Assembly: GCA_902785275.1 (NCBI GenBank) | Contig: CACZYB010000003.1 | Span: 1 to 64,000, forward strand | Direction: 5' to 3' | Length of the DNA: 64,000 bases | Origin: an uncultured Pseudomonadota bacterium | GTDB lineage: Bacteria > Pseudomonadota > Alphaproteobacteria > Rs-D84 > CACZYB01 | Shown here: piece by piece, positions 29,855 through 39,130 of the stretch | Numbering within the stretch: position 1 is the first letter of the stretch | Layout of the letters: each line of letters begins with the position of its first letter | The notes under the pieces: model-generated | Seen by the model: the letters and a program-made list of their open reading frames with translations, nothing else | Database searches by the model: none | What the model was told of the DNA's origin: nothing | Position numbers and translations under genes: made by a program

Positions 29855-30859
29855 ATGTTTGATTATTTTAAAAAGAAATTCCATGCGCCAACAAGTTGTA
29901 GATTAGAGGCTTGCTCTTTGTGCCAGCTTAACTGTCGTACATGCCCTATGAGATTGAATAATTCTGGGAAAATTGGTAATGGATATTTGACAGCAAAAAA
30001 CTTTGAAAAATTTATAAATTTAAACCCTACTATCAAAGAAATTGAACTTTCCAATAATGGTGAAATTTTTCTTAACCCTGAATTAGTTGATATTATGCGT
30101 ATTGCATATGAAAAGCATGTGGATATTCATGCATATAACGGGGTAAACTTTAATAATGTAAAGGATGAAGTTATTGATGCATTGGTAAAATATGATTTCA
30201 GAATCATTCATTTTTCCATAGATGGAGCATCAAACGAATCGTATGGTAAATATCGTATAAATGGTAACTTTGACAGAGTTATTGAAAATATTAAAAAGCT
30301 TAATGAAACAAAGAAAAAATATGGTAAAGATTTTCCAATTATGAGATGGCAATATGTGATTTTACCATACAATTCAAGTATTGAAGAAATAAGAAAAGCT
30401 AAAGATATGGCGAAAGATTTGGGAATGGAAATTTACTTTAAAAAAGATTGGAGAAATTTTATTCCTAAAAATGTTAAGGAAGTTGAAAAAGAAACAAATC
30501 TTTTGTATGAAGAAGGAACATTGCTTTCTAATTGGGAAGAAAGATGGGTTCCATGTACCGAAGTTTTATTTAACCCACAAGTAAATTGGGATGGAAGATT
30601 TTTGGGTTGTTGTAACCTTATTGATGAAATTTATGATTTGAATGCATTTGAATTAAGTCTGGAAGAAATTTTGAATTCCAAAGAAATAAAGGATGTTGTA
30701 AAGTTAGTTATGGGTAAATACCATGGAAAGGAAAAGGCTAAAACTTCAAAGTGTTATACTTGTTGGTTTTATGCAGATCTTTGCAAAACAAAGAAATTCA
30801 TTACAAAAAAAGAATTCCTTTTGAATGAAAAAAGATACACAAGAAAAGATAATAAATAA
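29855..30859 (+). CDS. Radical SAM protein with SPASM/twitch domain
   Basis: CQLNCRTC, SIDG, C-terminal C..WDG..CC..CYTC. Confidence 0.92.
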   Translation: MFDYFKKKFHAPTSCRLEACSLCQLNCRTCPMRLNNSGKIGNGYLTAKNFEKFINLNPTIKEIELSNNGEIFLNPELVDIMRIAYEKHVDIHAYNGVNFNNVKDEVIDALVKYDFRIIHFSIDGASNESYGKYRINGNFDRVIENIKKLNETKKKYGKDFPIMRWQYVILPYNSSIEEIRKAKDMAKDLGMEIYFKKDWRNFIPKNVKEVEKETNLLYEEGTLLSNWEERWVPCTEVLFNPQVNWDGRFLGCCNLIDEIYDLNAFELSLEEILNSKEIKDVVKLVMGKYHGKEKAKTSKCYTCWFYADLCKTKKFITKKEFLLNEKRYTRKDNK

Positions 30860-30942
30860 AAACCTATCAAAACCCTAAACTCTTTTTATTTTCTTGAATG
30901 TATTCCAATTTTTTGGTATAATGTACACCCAGAGGAAATAAG

Positions 30943-31653
30943 ATGTTCACATTTTTAGATTTTGTTTTTGTTGTGGTTGTTCTTTTATCATCAGTTTTTG
31001 CATACAGTGGCGGATTGATTCAAGAATCTATCTCTGTTGTTGCATGGATTGGAACAGTATTTTTAACAAAAGTTCTTTTTCCGTTTGTGGAACCTAAATT
31101 TGCGGGCATTTTTGGTTCAAGCTCTATGTTTTCTGCTATGTCGGCATATATTTCTGTGTTTGTTGTTTTGATAATGGTGACATCATTTGTGAATAAAACT
31201 TTTGCCGTAAAAATTCATAAAACAAATTTGGGAAGTATTGATAAGTCTTTGGGATTTCTTTTTGGATTTTTCAGAGGTATTTTGATAATGGCAACAATCT
31301 ATGTCGTGATACTTTGGTTTATGCCAAACAAAAATAAACGCCCAGCATGGATTAGTGATGCAAAATCGAAACCAATACTTAAAGTATCATCAATGTTTAT
31401 ATCATCTCTTCTTCCATCAAGTGATAGCTTTTTAGAAATAAAATCTATTATCAATAGTGATATGTCCGGATCGGAAATTGAAACTTTTGAAAAGCTTAGC
31501 AAACCTGTTGTTGAGGGAAGCTTGGAATCTTCCGCTGAAAGTGGGTATCAACCTTCTGAAATAAGAGATTTGGAAAGACAGCTTCAACAACTTCAACAAA
31601 TGGAAGATATTTTCAATACAAAAGTCAAACATCTTAACATAAAAGATTTATGA
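30943..31653 (+). CDS. cvpA: CvpA family membrane protein
   Basis: D at N-terminus, G..E, IDKSLGFLFGFFRG signature. Confidence 0.9.
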   Translation: MFTFLDFVFVVVVLLSSVFAYSGGLIQESISVVAWIGTVFLTKVLFPFVEPKFAGIFGSSSMFSAMSAYISVFVVLIMVTSFVNKTFAVKIHKTNLGSIDKSLGFLFGFFRGILIMATIYVVILWFMPNKNKRPAWISDAKSKPILKVSSMFISSLLPSSDSFLEIKSIINSDMSGSEIETFEKLSKPVVEGSLESSAESGYQPSEIRDLERQLQQLQQMEDIFNTKVKHLNIKDL

Positions 31654-31726
31654 TAAATTTTATTTCCTATTTACTGATTAGTAAAATTTTGATATAATAA
31701 ATTAGTGTTAATATAAGGGTATCAAA

Positions 31727-33841
31727 ATGTCAAAACTTAAAATTTTACCAGGTAGAGCATATCCACTTGGCGCAACATATAATGGTAACGGAACAAACTT
31801 TGCTTTGTTTTCCAGGAATGCCGAAAAAGTCGAGCTTTGTCTTTTTGATTCAAAGGGTAAAACCGAAACCCATAGAATAGAGCTTGTCGAATATACCGAT
31901 GAAGTTTGGCATTGCTTTATAGAAGGGGTTAAGCCTGGTCAACTTTATGGATACAGGGTGTATGGGAAATATGCACCAGAAGAAGGTCACAGGTTTAATG
32001 GAAATAAGTTACTTTTAGACCCTTATGCAAAGGCTCTTTATGGAAAGATTGTTTGGTCAAGTGCCCTTTTCAGTTATCAAATACGAAACCCTCAAAAAGA
32101 TTTATCCTTTGATGACAGGGACAGTGCAAAATATATGCCAAAGTGTGTAGTAACTGATGATACATATAAATGGCAAAACGACAGAAAGCCAGAGATAAGA
32201 AGAAGTAATTCTATTATCTATGAAGTACACGTGAAAGGTGCGACAAAACTTAATCCAAAGGTTCCAGAAAAATATCGTGGAACATTTGAAGGATTGGCAA
32301 ATAAAAATGTTATAAATTATTTCAAAAACCTTGGGGTAACTGCGATTGAACTTTTGCCAACACAGGCTTTTTTCCTTGGGTCAATTCCAGAAAGAAAAGG
32401 ACTTTATAATTACTGGGGATATAATACCGCAAATTTCTTTACTCCGGAACCAGCATACCTTGCAACAAAAAACATAAACGAGTTTAAGACATTAGTTGAT
32501 ACATATCATGGTGCGGGATTGGAAATAATTATGGATGTTGTGTATAATCACACACCAGAAGGGAACCATCTTGGTCCAACATTTTCTTTCCGTGGTATTG
32601 ATAATGCTTATTATTACAGGTTAGTAAAGGATAATCCAAGATATTATGATGATACAACGGGATGCGGAAATACTTTGAACTTTGATAATACCAGAGTTGT
32701 ACAGATGGCGATGGATAGTTTAAGGTATTGGGCAACAGAGATGAAGGTTGACGGATTCAGATTTGATTTGGCTGTATCTCTTGGTCGAAATGATTATGGC
32801 TTCAGAACCGAATCTGATTTCTATGATGCTATGGCACAGGACCCTATTTTACAAAAGGTTAAAAGAATTGCTGAACCTTGGGATGTGGGACTGGGTGGAT
32901 ATCAGGTTGGAAATTTCCCAGCAGGATGGAGCGAATGGAACGGAAAGTTCAGAGATACTACACGCCGTTTTTGGCGTGGTGATGATGGGCAAATTGGAGA
33001 TATGGCAACAAGATTTACCGGATCATCCGAACTTTTCGATAAATTTGGAAGACGTCCTTGGTCCACAGTTAATTTTGTAACTGCTCATGATGGTTTTACA
33101 ATGAACGATTTGGTTTCTTATGACTATAAGCATAATGATGCAAATGGTGAAGAAAATCGTGATGGTGAAAACAACAATGAAAGCTATAATTACGGCGTTG
33201 AAGGAGAAACAACAAATTCAAAAATAAATGCTATAAGAAATAGGCAAATTAAAAACTTTTTTGCAACAATACTTCTTTCTCAGGGACTTCCTATGATACT
33301 TGGCGGAGATGAGATAAAGCGTACACAAAAGGGAAATAATAATGCCTATTGTCAAGATAACAAAATAAGCTGGATTAACTGGTCCTTATTTGAAAAAAAC
33401 AAGGAAATCTATGACTTTGTAAAAAAGGTTATTGATATAAGAAAAAAACATATTGTTTTCCGTAGATCAAAGTTTTTTAAAGGCCAAAGAATTCCTGGGA
33501 CAAGAAATAAGGATATTACATGGTTTACACCAGCCGGAAAAGAAATGACAATGGATGATTGGCATAATCCAAAAAATAAAACTTTGGTTTTCAAAATTTC
33601 AGGTGAAGCTGGTGATAACTTTCATCTTGATAAAGAAGGAAATGCAACACCGGATAAAAACTTCTTTGTTATTATGAATGCTGATACAAAAAAATATAGC
33701 TGTATCGTTCCTATGCCAAAACCTCCGTATAAAAACTGGCGTGTAATGTTCGATACATCAGAACATAATAAAGAAACAAAACTTAAGTCGACATCTATTG
33801 TTGTGAACCCAAGAACGTTCATACTTCTTATTGCAGAATAA
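31727..33841 (+). CDS. glgX: Glycogen debranching enzyme
   Basis: NYWGYN, DVVYNHT, VDGFRFDLA, IAEPWD, TAHDGF, GNNNAYCQDN. Confidence 0.98.
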   Translation: MSKLKILPGRAYPLGATYNGNGTNFALFSRNAEKVELCLFDSKGKTETHRIELVEYTDEVWHCFIEGVKPGQLYGYRVYGKYAPEEGHRFNGNKLLLDPYAKALYGKIVWSSALFSYQIRNPQKDLSFDDRDSAKYMPKCVVTDDTYKWQNDRKPEIRRSNSIIYEVHVKGATKLNPKVPEKYRGTFEGLANKNVINYFKNLGVTAIELLPTQAFFLGSIPERKGLYNYWGYNTANFFTPEPAYLATKNINEFKTLVDTYHGAGLEIIMDVVYNHTPEGNHLGPTFSFRGIDNAYYYRLVKDNPRYYDDTTGCGNTLNFDNTRVVQMAMDSLRYWATEMKVDGFRFDLAVSLGRNDYGFRTESDFYDAMAQDPILQKVKRIAEPWDVGLGGYQVGNFPAGWSEWNGKFRDTTRRFWRGDDGQIGDMATRFTGSSELFDKFGRRPWSTVNFVTAHDGFTMNDLVSYDYKHNDANGEENRDGENNNESYNYGVEGETTNSKINAIRNRQIKNFFATILLSQGLPMILGGDEIKRTQKGNNNAYCQDNKISWINWSLFEKNKEIYDFVKKVIDIRKKHIVFRRSKFFKGQRIPGTRNKDITWFTPAGKEMTMDDWHNPKNKTLVFKISGEAGDNFHLDKEGNATPDKNFFVIMNADTKKYSCIVPMPKPPYKNWRVMFDTSEHNKETKLKSTSIVVNPRTFILLIAE

Positions 33842-33951
33842 ATCAGCTACTTGAAACTTTGCTGTTTTATTCCTATATATACTCTTGCTTGACTTGTTAC
33901 TAAGTTTTTTGATAGAATTCCTATAAATAAAAAAACAAAAAGGATATTGTT

Positions 33952-36477
33952 ATGGTTGAAACCAAAGATAAAGCAACAGAAGACATTACTATTGTTTCAA
34001 AAGGTGATTTGAACGATAACGTGGAAAAAGAAAACGAATTGGAAGAAAAGGAATATTGTTTACTTCCTCTTCGCGATATTGTTATTTTTCCAAGTATGAT
34101 TGTTCCAATATTTATTGGTCGTGGAAAATCTATTGCCACAGTAGAAGAAGCAATGAAACGTGGAAAACAAATTATCCTTGTTACCCAAAGGGATGCTTTG
34201 GTAAATAACCCTAAACGTGAAGATTTGTTCGATATTGGTGTAAAGGCAAATATTATTCAGATGCTAAGACTTCAAGATAATACTGTAAAGTTGGTTATTG
34301 AAGCTACATCCAAGGTAAAAATTACAAGCTTTAATGTTTCAAAACCATATTGGGAAACAACCATTGATTATATTTCTGAAGATTTAAGCTTTGAGGATAA
34401 TAAAGATATTGAGATGCTTACAAAATCTGTGCGTAACAGTTTTTTAAGGTATATCAAATTCAGTAAAGATGTTACCGTTGAAAATGTTACCGGTTTGGAA
34501 ATGGTGACAAGCCCTGTTATTCTTCTTGATACTATCAGTATGAGTATGAATATGCGAATCGAAAAGAAACAGGAAATTTTAGAAGCTCCAAATATTACCG
34601 AAAAGTTAGAAAAACTTTACACTGCGATTGAAACAGAACTTGATTTTATGAAAGTAGACAGACGTATTCGTTCACGTGTAAAGCAATCTATTGATAAAAA
34701 CCAACGTGAATTTTATCTTTCCGAACAGATGAAAGCTATTCAAAAAGAACTTGGCGATGACGGGGAAGATTATGATGATTTGGAAAAGAAGATTGATAAA
34801 ATCGGCCTTTCGAAGGAAGCATATTTAAAAGCAAAAACAGAGATGAAAAAACTTAAAAATATGTCTCCTCAATCACCAGAATATTCAATTTTAAGGAATT
34901 ATTTGGAATGTCTTCTTTCACTTCCTTGGTCAAAAAAATCCGAGCTTGATAAATCAATAGATGAAGCAGAAAAGATTTTAGATGAAGAACACTATGCTCT
35001 TGAAAAAGTAAAGGAAAGAATTTTGGAGTTTTTGGCAGTACAAAAACGTGTTGGCTGTTCAAAAGGAACTATACTTTGCTTTATGGGCCCTCCGGGTGTT
35101 GGTAAGACATCACTTGGTCGTGCGATTGCAAAGGCTACTGGTCGTGTATTTGAAAAACTTTCTCTTGGCGGTGTTCATGATGAAGCAGAAATTAGAGGCC
35201 ACAGAAGAACATATATTGGTGCACAATGTGGTAAGATTTTATCCGTTATGAAAAAGGCTGGCGTTAACAATCCTCTTATTATGCTTGATGAAATTGATAA
35301 GATGGGAAATGATTATCGTGGCGACCCTGCAAGTGCGATGTTAGAAGTTTTGGATCCAGAACAAAATGTTGCGTTTAATGATCATTACTTGGATTTGGAT
35401 TATGATTTATCCAATGTGATGTTTATTGCTACTGCAAACAGCTATGATATACCTCGCCCTCTTCTTGATAGAATGGAAGTTATTGAACTTTCCGGTTATA
35501 CAGAAGATGAAAAACTTGAAATCGCGAAAAGACATATCATTCCAAAAACACTTGTTAAAAATGGATTGGATAAAAATGAAATTTCAATTTCTGATGGTGC
35601 AATAAAGGATATTATCAGATACTATACAAAAGAATCTGGTGTTCGTGGATTGGAACGTCAAATCGATAAGTTGATGAGAAAATCCGTACGAAAGATTGGT
35701 GAAAAAAATGCATCAGAAGAATCCCTTTTCGAACTTAAAGAGGAAACTTTGAAACCTCAGGATGATAAGAATATTAAAATTACACCTGAAAATCTTTCAA
35801 ACTTCCTTGGGATAAAAAGATTTGATTTCGGAAAGTCAGAAGAAGAAGACAGTATCGGAACCGTAACTGGACTTGCATGGACAGAAGTTGGTGGTGAACT
35901 TTTACAGATAGAATCGGCAGTTATGGCCGGTAAAGGTTTGGCTGTATTTACTGGAAAGCTTGGCGATGTAATGAAAGAATCTATTGAAACTGCAAAATCA
36001 TTCGTTCGTTCACATTCAGCACAGTTCGGTATTAATCCAAAGATTTGGGATAAAATCGATATTCATATTCACGTTCCAGAAGGTGCAACACCAAAGGATG
36101 GACCTTCGGCTGGTATTGCGATGATGACATCAATTCTTTCGACACTTACTGAAATTCCTGTACGAAAGGATGTTGCAATGACTGGGGAAATCACTCTTCG
36201 TGGACGTGTACTTCCAATTGGTGGATTAAAGGAAAAATTATTGGCTGCACTTCGCGGTGGAATAAAAACTGTGGCTATTCCTTTTGAAAATGTTAAGGAT
36301 TTAGAGGAAATCCCTGATGTTGTAAAGAAGGGATTAAAGATTATTCCTGTGAAAACTGCGGATGAAGTTTTGGAAATCGCCCTTTCGAAACCGGTTACTC
36401 CGATAAAAGAAGTTGGTGATTTTTTCGAAAACTTGCTTAAAACCCCAGTAAAATCTCAGGGTGAAATAGTTCAATAA
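33952..36477 (+). CDS. lon: Lon protease
   Basis: GPPGVGKTS, DEAEIRGHRRTYIGA, PKDGPSAG. Confidence 0.99.
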   Translation: MVETKDKATEDITIVSKGDLNDNVEKENELEEKEYCLLPLRDIVIFPSMIVPIFIGRGKSIATVEEAMKRGKQIILVTQRDALVNNPKREDLFDIGVKANIIQMLRLQDNTVKLVIEATSKVKITSFNVSKPYWETTIDYISEDLSFEDNKDIEMLTKSVRNSFLRYIKFSKDVTVENVTGLEMVTSPVILLDTISMSMNMRIEKKQEILEAPNITEKLEKLYTAIETELDFMKVDRRIRSRVKQSIDKNQREFYLSEQMKAIQKELGDDGEDYDDLEKKIDKIGLSKEAYLKAKTEMKKLKNMSPQSPEYSILRNYLECLLSLPWSKKSELDKSIDEAEKILDEEHYALEKVKERILEFLAVQKRVGCSKGTILCFMGPPGVGKTSLGRAIAKATGRVFEKLSLGGVHDEAEIRGHRRTYIGAQCGKILSVMKKAGVNNPLIMLDEIDKMGNDYRGDPASAMLEVLDPEQNVAFNDHYLDLDYDLSNVMFIATANSYDIPRPLLDRMEVIELSGYTEDEKLEIAKRHIIPKTLVKNGLDKNEISISDGAIKDIIRYYTKESGVRGLERQIDKLMRKSVRKIGEKNASEESLFELKEETLKPQDDKNIKITPENLSNFLGIKRFDFGKSEEEDSIGTVTGLAWTEVGGELLQIESAVMAGKGLAVFTGKLGDVMKESIETAKSFVRSHSAQFGINPKIWDKIDIHIHVPEGATPKDGPSAGIAMMTSILSTLTEIPVRKDVAMTGEITLRGRVLPIGGLKEKLLAALRGGIKTVAIPFENVKDLEEIPDVVKKGLKIIPVKTADEVLEIALSKPVTPIKEVGDFFENLLKTPVKSQGEIVQ

Positions 36478-36627
36478 AACTTTTATTTTATATAAAAAAA
36501 GTAAGGTCATATGTTTAATTAAGCGATTTTCGCATTGAATATATGACTTTATTTTTATTTTTTTTAAGAATTTTGAAAAAAGTGCTTGATTTAATTAAAA
36601 ATATGCTTATAATATGTGAAATATGTT

Positions 36628-36704
36628 GCGGGCGTAGCTCAGTTGGCTAGAGCGCAACCTTGCCAAGGTTGAGGTCGTGGGTTCGAGCCCCATTGCCCGC
36701 TCCA
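36628..36704 (+). tRNA. tRNA-Gly (GCC)
   Basis: GCGGGCG acceptor stem, anticodon arm CAACC-TTGCCAA-GGTTG, GTTCGAG T-loop, encoded CCA. Confidence 0.97.
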
Positions 36705-36730
36705 AAATTAAATTTGTTTTTTTTCATGTT

Positions 36731-36787
36731 CTCCCGTATGGGAGGTTTTCTTTTTCATTTGTTCCCAGCGTAAAAGCTGGGTTTTTT
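36731..36787 (+). terminator. Tandem terminators after tRNA-Gly
   Basis: CTCCC-gtat-GGGAG and CCCAGC-gtaaaa-GCTGGG hairpins, each followed by T-rich sequence. Confidence 0.75.
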
Positions 36788-36841
36788 ATTGGAAAAATAA
36801 GGGAAAATGAGCTTTGTAAACTGGAAAATTCACTATGACAA

Positions 36842-36968
36842 ATAAACGACCGTCTAGATGATATAGTCAAAGATTTTAGGAATTTTAACCCTAAAAGTCA
36901 ATAAAATTCTATGAAAGTCAACATATCCAATAATTGCATAATACTATATCAAATAGACGGTGGTTTAT
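36842..36968. repeat. 26-bp imperfect inverted repeats (36842-36867, 36943-36968) enclosing 75 bp; candidate invertible segment
   Basis: Left ATAAACGACCGTCTAGATGATATAGT vs reverse complement of right ATAAACCACCGTCTATTTGATATAGT, 23/26 identical. Confidence 0.88.
36873..36901 (-). promoter_or_regulatory. Sigma70 promoter inside the inverted repeats, pointing away from the downstream operon
   Basis: Minus strand TTGACT-TTTAGGGTTAAAATTCC(17)-TAAAAT. Confidence 0.65.
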
Positions 36969-37036
36969 GAATATTGAAAAATATGGAAAAATCTAGATTT
37001 GAAAAGAAATTTAACTCAAAAAAGGAGAGAAGCAAT

Positions 37037-37315
37037 ATGAATTTTAAAAAATTTTGGTTGGATGAAAAAGCTTACGTATTGATACAAAGTGATGCAGGAC
37101 AATATATAGTTGTAAAATCATCTGAAAGTTGGAAGAAAACTATAGTGGAAAAATTAACTGAATTAATCGAAAAAGGAGAAAAATTAAATTTAACAGAAAA
37201 CCAAAAACAATACATAGAGAAATATCCTTCTGATAAGAATGATTCTCAAACAACAGATAGTTTGGGAGCTGTTTTAATGCAATATTTAGAAGAAAACCCT
37301 AAAAAGGAGATCTAA
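37037..37315 (+). CDS. Hypothetical protein (92 aa)
   Basis: AAAGGAG RBS before the ATG at 37037 (ORF track starts at TTG 36974); stop is 3 bp before the next gene. Confidence 0.7.
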   Translation: MNFKKFWLDEKAYVLIQSDAGQYIVVKSSESWKKTIVEKLTELIEKGEKLNLTENQKQYIEKYPSDKNDSQTTDSLGAVLMQYLEENPKKEI

Positions 37316-37318
37316 AAA

Positions 37319-38323
37319 ATGAAAAAATTTATTTTATCAGCATTATTATTAGTAAGTATATCTTCAGTAGTAAATGCCCAATCTTATAATGATTATAAAA
37401 AACTTATGGAAAAGAATAATACATTTGATTCATTAACAGGAGTTTCTGTTAATGTTGGTTATGATGTATTTTCAGGTGGTATAGATTTCCAAACATCATA
37501 TTCTTTATATAATAAATTTAGTGTTAAATTAGGTTTAGATACAAAATCATTTGATAATAAAACAACATCATTTTATAGTACAAAGAAATTGGGTGAGGAT
37601 CTTTGGGGTGCAAAAGATGTAGAGGGGAATGGTATATATAGAGTACCACGTAATTATCCATATATCTACAAAGCTAAATTTGAACATGATGATTCAATAT
37701 CTTCTAATTCATATAAATTTGGAGTAGGGTATCAAATTAATAATTATATTGAATTAACAGGTGGATATTCATTTGGTGGAAAATATACAGAAAATTATCA
37801 TATACATGATCCAAGATCATTTTTTGAAGCATATGTTCCAAATAATACAGGTTATTCATTTTTCTTAGGGTATTCAGAAAAAGATGATTTATATTATCTA
37901 GTAACTGGTTCTGATAGAGGATCTGTTGTTAAATCAGCAAAATTTATGGTTGAAAGAGAAATGAAAGGACCATATTTGGGTGTAAATTTCAATATACCAT
38001 TTAATAATAGATTTTCATTTTATACTAATTTAGATGTGACTTTTATAGATAAACCAAAAGTATCATATGATATGGAATTTTTTGATGTAAATGTAAATTA
38101 TGTATTGCGTAGAAATGATGAAACTAACCCAGGTACATATACAGCAGTATATCGTGATAGTAATGGTAATACAGCATCTGAAAATAGAATTAGTATATAT
38201 GATGAAAGATCTCAAAAAACAATAAAAATGGCTATGCAACCTGTTTTGGAAGATTTTAAAGAAAAAATAGATATGGATACTGAAGTTATTTCTTTGAAAA
38301 TGGGTATTAAATATAATTTTTAA
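37319..38323 (+). CDS. Outer-membrane beta-barrel protein
   Basis: Signal peptide, alternating aromatic/Gly beta-strands (YKFGVGYQIN, GPYLGVNFNIPF), C-terminal LKMGIKYNF BAM beta-signal. Confidence 0.85.
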   Translation: MKKFILSALLLVSISSVVNAQSYNDYKKLMEKNNTFDSLTGVSVNVGYDVFSGGIDFQTSYSLYNKFSVKLGLDTKSFDNKTTSFYSTKKLGEDLWGAKDVEGNGIYRVPRNYPYIYKAKFEHDDSISSNSYKFGVGYQINNYIELTGGYSFGGKYTENYHIHDPRSFFEAYVPNNTGYSFFLGYSEKDDLYYLVTGSDRGSVVKSAKFMVEREMKGPYLGVNFNIPFNNRFSFYTNLDVTFIDKPKVSYDMEFFDVNVNYVLRRNDETNPGTYTAVYRDSNGNTASENRISIYDERSQKTIKMAMQPVLEDFKEKIDMDTEVISLKMGIKYNF

Positions 38324-38336
38324 ATATAATAAAACT

Positions 38337-38362
38337 AACTCCCCGTTATTTGGGGAGTTTTT
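38337..38362. terminator. Terminator between the convergent OMP and lolD genes
   Basis: AACTCCCC/GGGGAGTT stem with a T-run. Confidence 0.8.
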
Positions 38363-38380
38363 ATTTTTTTGATGCAAAAA

Positions 38381-39130
38381 TTACTTGAATGCGTCGAAAA
38401 TCTTTTTACCAATTGGGTGGGTGGTTAAAAACTCCCTATCGGATGGATTTTTGAAATCGTAAAGCTTTCCTTCTACAAGTGCAATCTGTCTATCCATTTG
38501 AACAGCCAAAGCAGGATTGTGAGTTGCAATAAATGCAGTCATACCTTGATTTCTAACAAGGTTTAGCAAGCTTTCGAAAACGGTTTCTGAATTATATGGG
38601 TCAAGATTTCCTGTTGGCTCATCCGCAAGAAGAAGTATTGGATTATTTGCCAAAGAGCGAGCAATCGCAACACGTTGCTGTTCACCACCTGAAAGTTCGG
38701 CTGGTTTATGATTTACACGTTCACCAAGACCAACCATTTCCAATTTTTTTGTAGCCTCAACCTTTGCTTGCTTTTTCGACATACCGTTAACAAGCATTGG
38801 TAACATCACATTTTCAAGGGCAGTAAAATCAGCAAAAAGATTATGTTGCTGGTAAACAAAGCCCATCTTTTGAAGGCGAATCTTTGTTTTTGCATTATCA
38901 CTTAATTTATTGCAATTTTTACCATCGATTATGATATCGCCACTGTCAACCTTATCAAGAAGACCCGCAGTATAAAGAAGTGTTGATTTACCACTTCCAC
39001 TTGGACCAATCAATGCAACTATTTCACCCTTTTTAACTTCTAAATCAACACCGTTTAATATGTTAAGTGTTGTTTTTCCCTGAGTAAAACTTTTATGAAT
39101 ATTGGATAAAGACAAAATAATTTCGGACAT
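38381..39130 (-). CDS. lolD: Lipoprotein-releasing ABC transporter ATPase
   Basis: [31 protein letters not shown]; coupled to lolC/E. Confidence 0.93.
   Translation of the reverse strand: MSEIILSLSNIHKSFTQGKTTLNILNGVDLEVKKGEIVALIGPSGSGKSTLLYTAGLLDKVDSGDIIIDGKNCNKLSDNAKTKIRLQKMGFVYQQHNLFADFTALENVMLPMLVNGMSKKQAKVEATKKLEMVGLGERVNHKPAELSGGEQQRVAIARSLANNPILLLADEPTGNLDPYNSETVFESLLNLVRNQGMTAFIATHNPALAVQMDRQIALVEGKLYDFKNPSDREFLTTHPIGKKIFDAFK

Noticed and set aside
36807-36845. 12-codon ORF MSFVNWKIHYDK ending at the left inverted repeat, as a gene split by a MITE
   Set aside because: Removing the 127-bp segment, with or without a TA or TATGA duplication, did not restore a long reading frame. Too short to call.
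38324-38380. attR (duplicated tRNA-Gly 3' end) at the islet boundary
   Set aside because: No copy of the tRNA 3' sequence was found.
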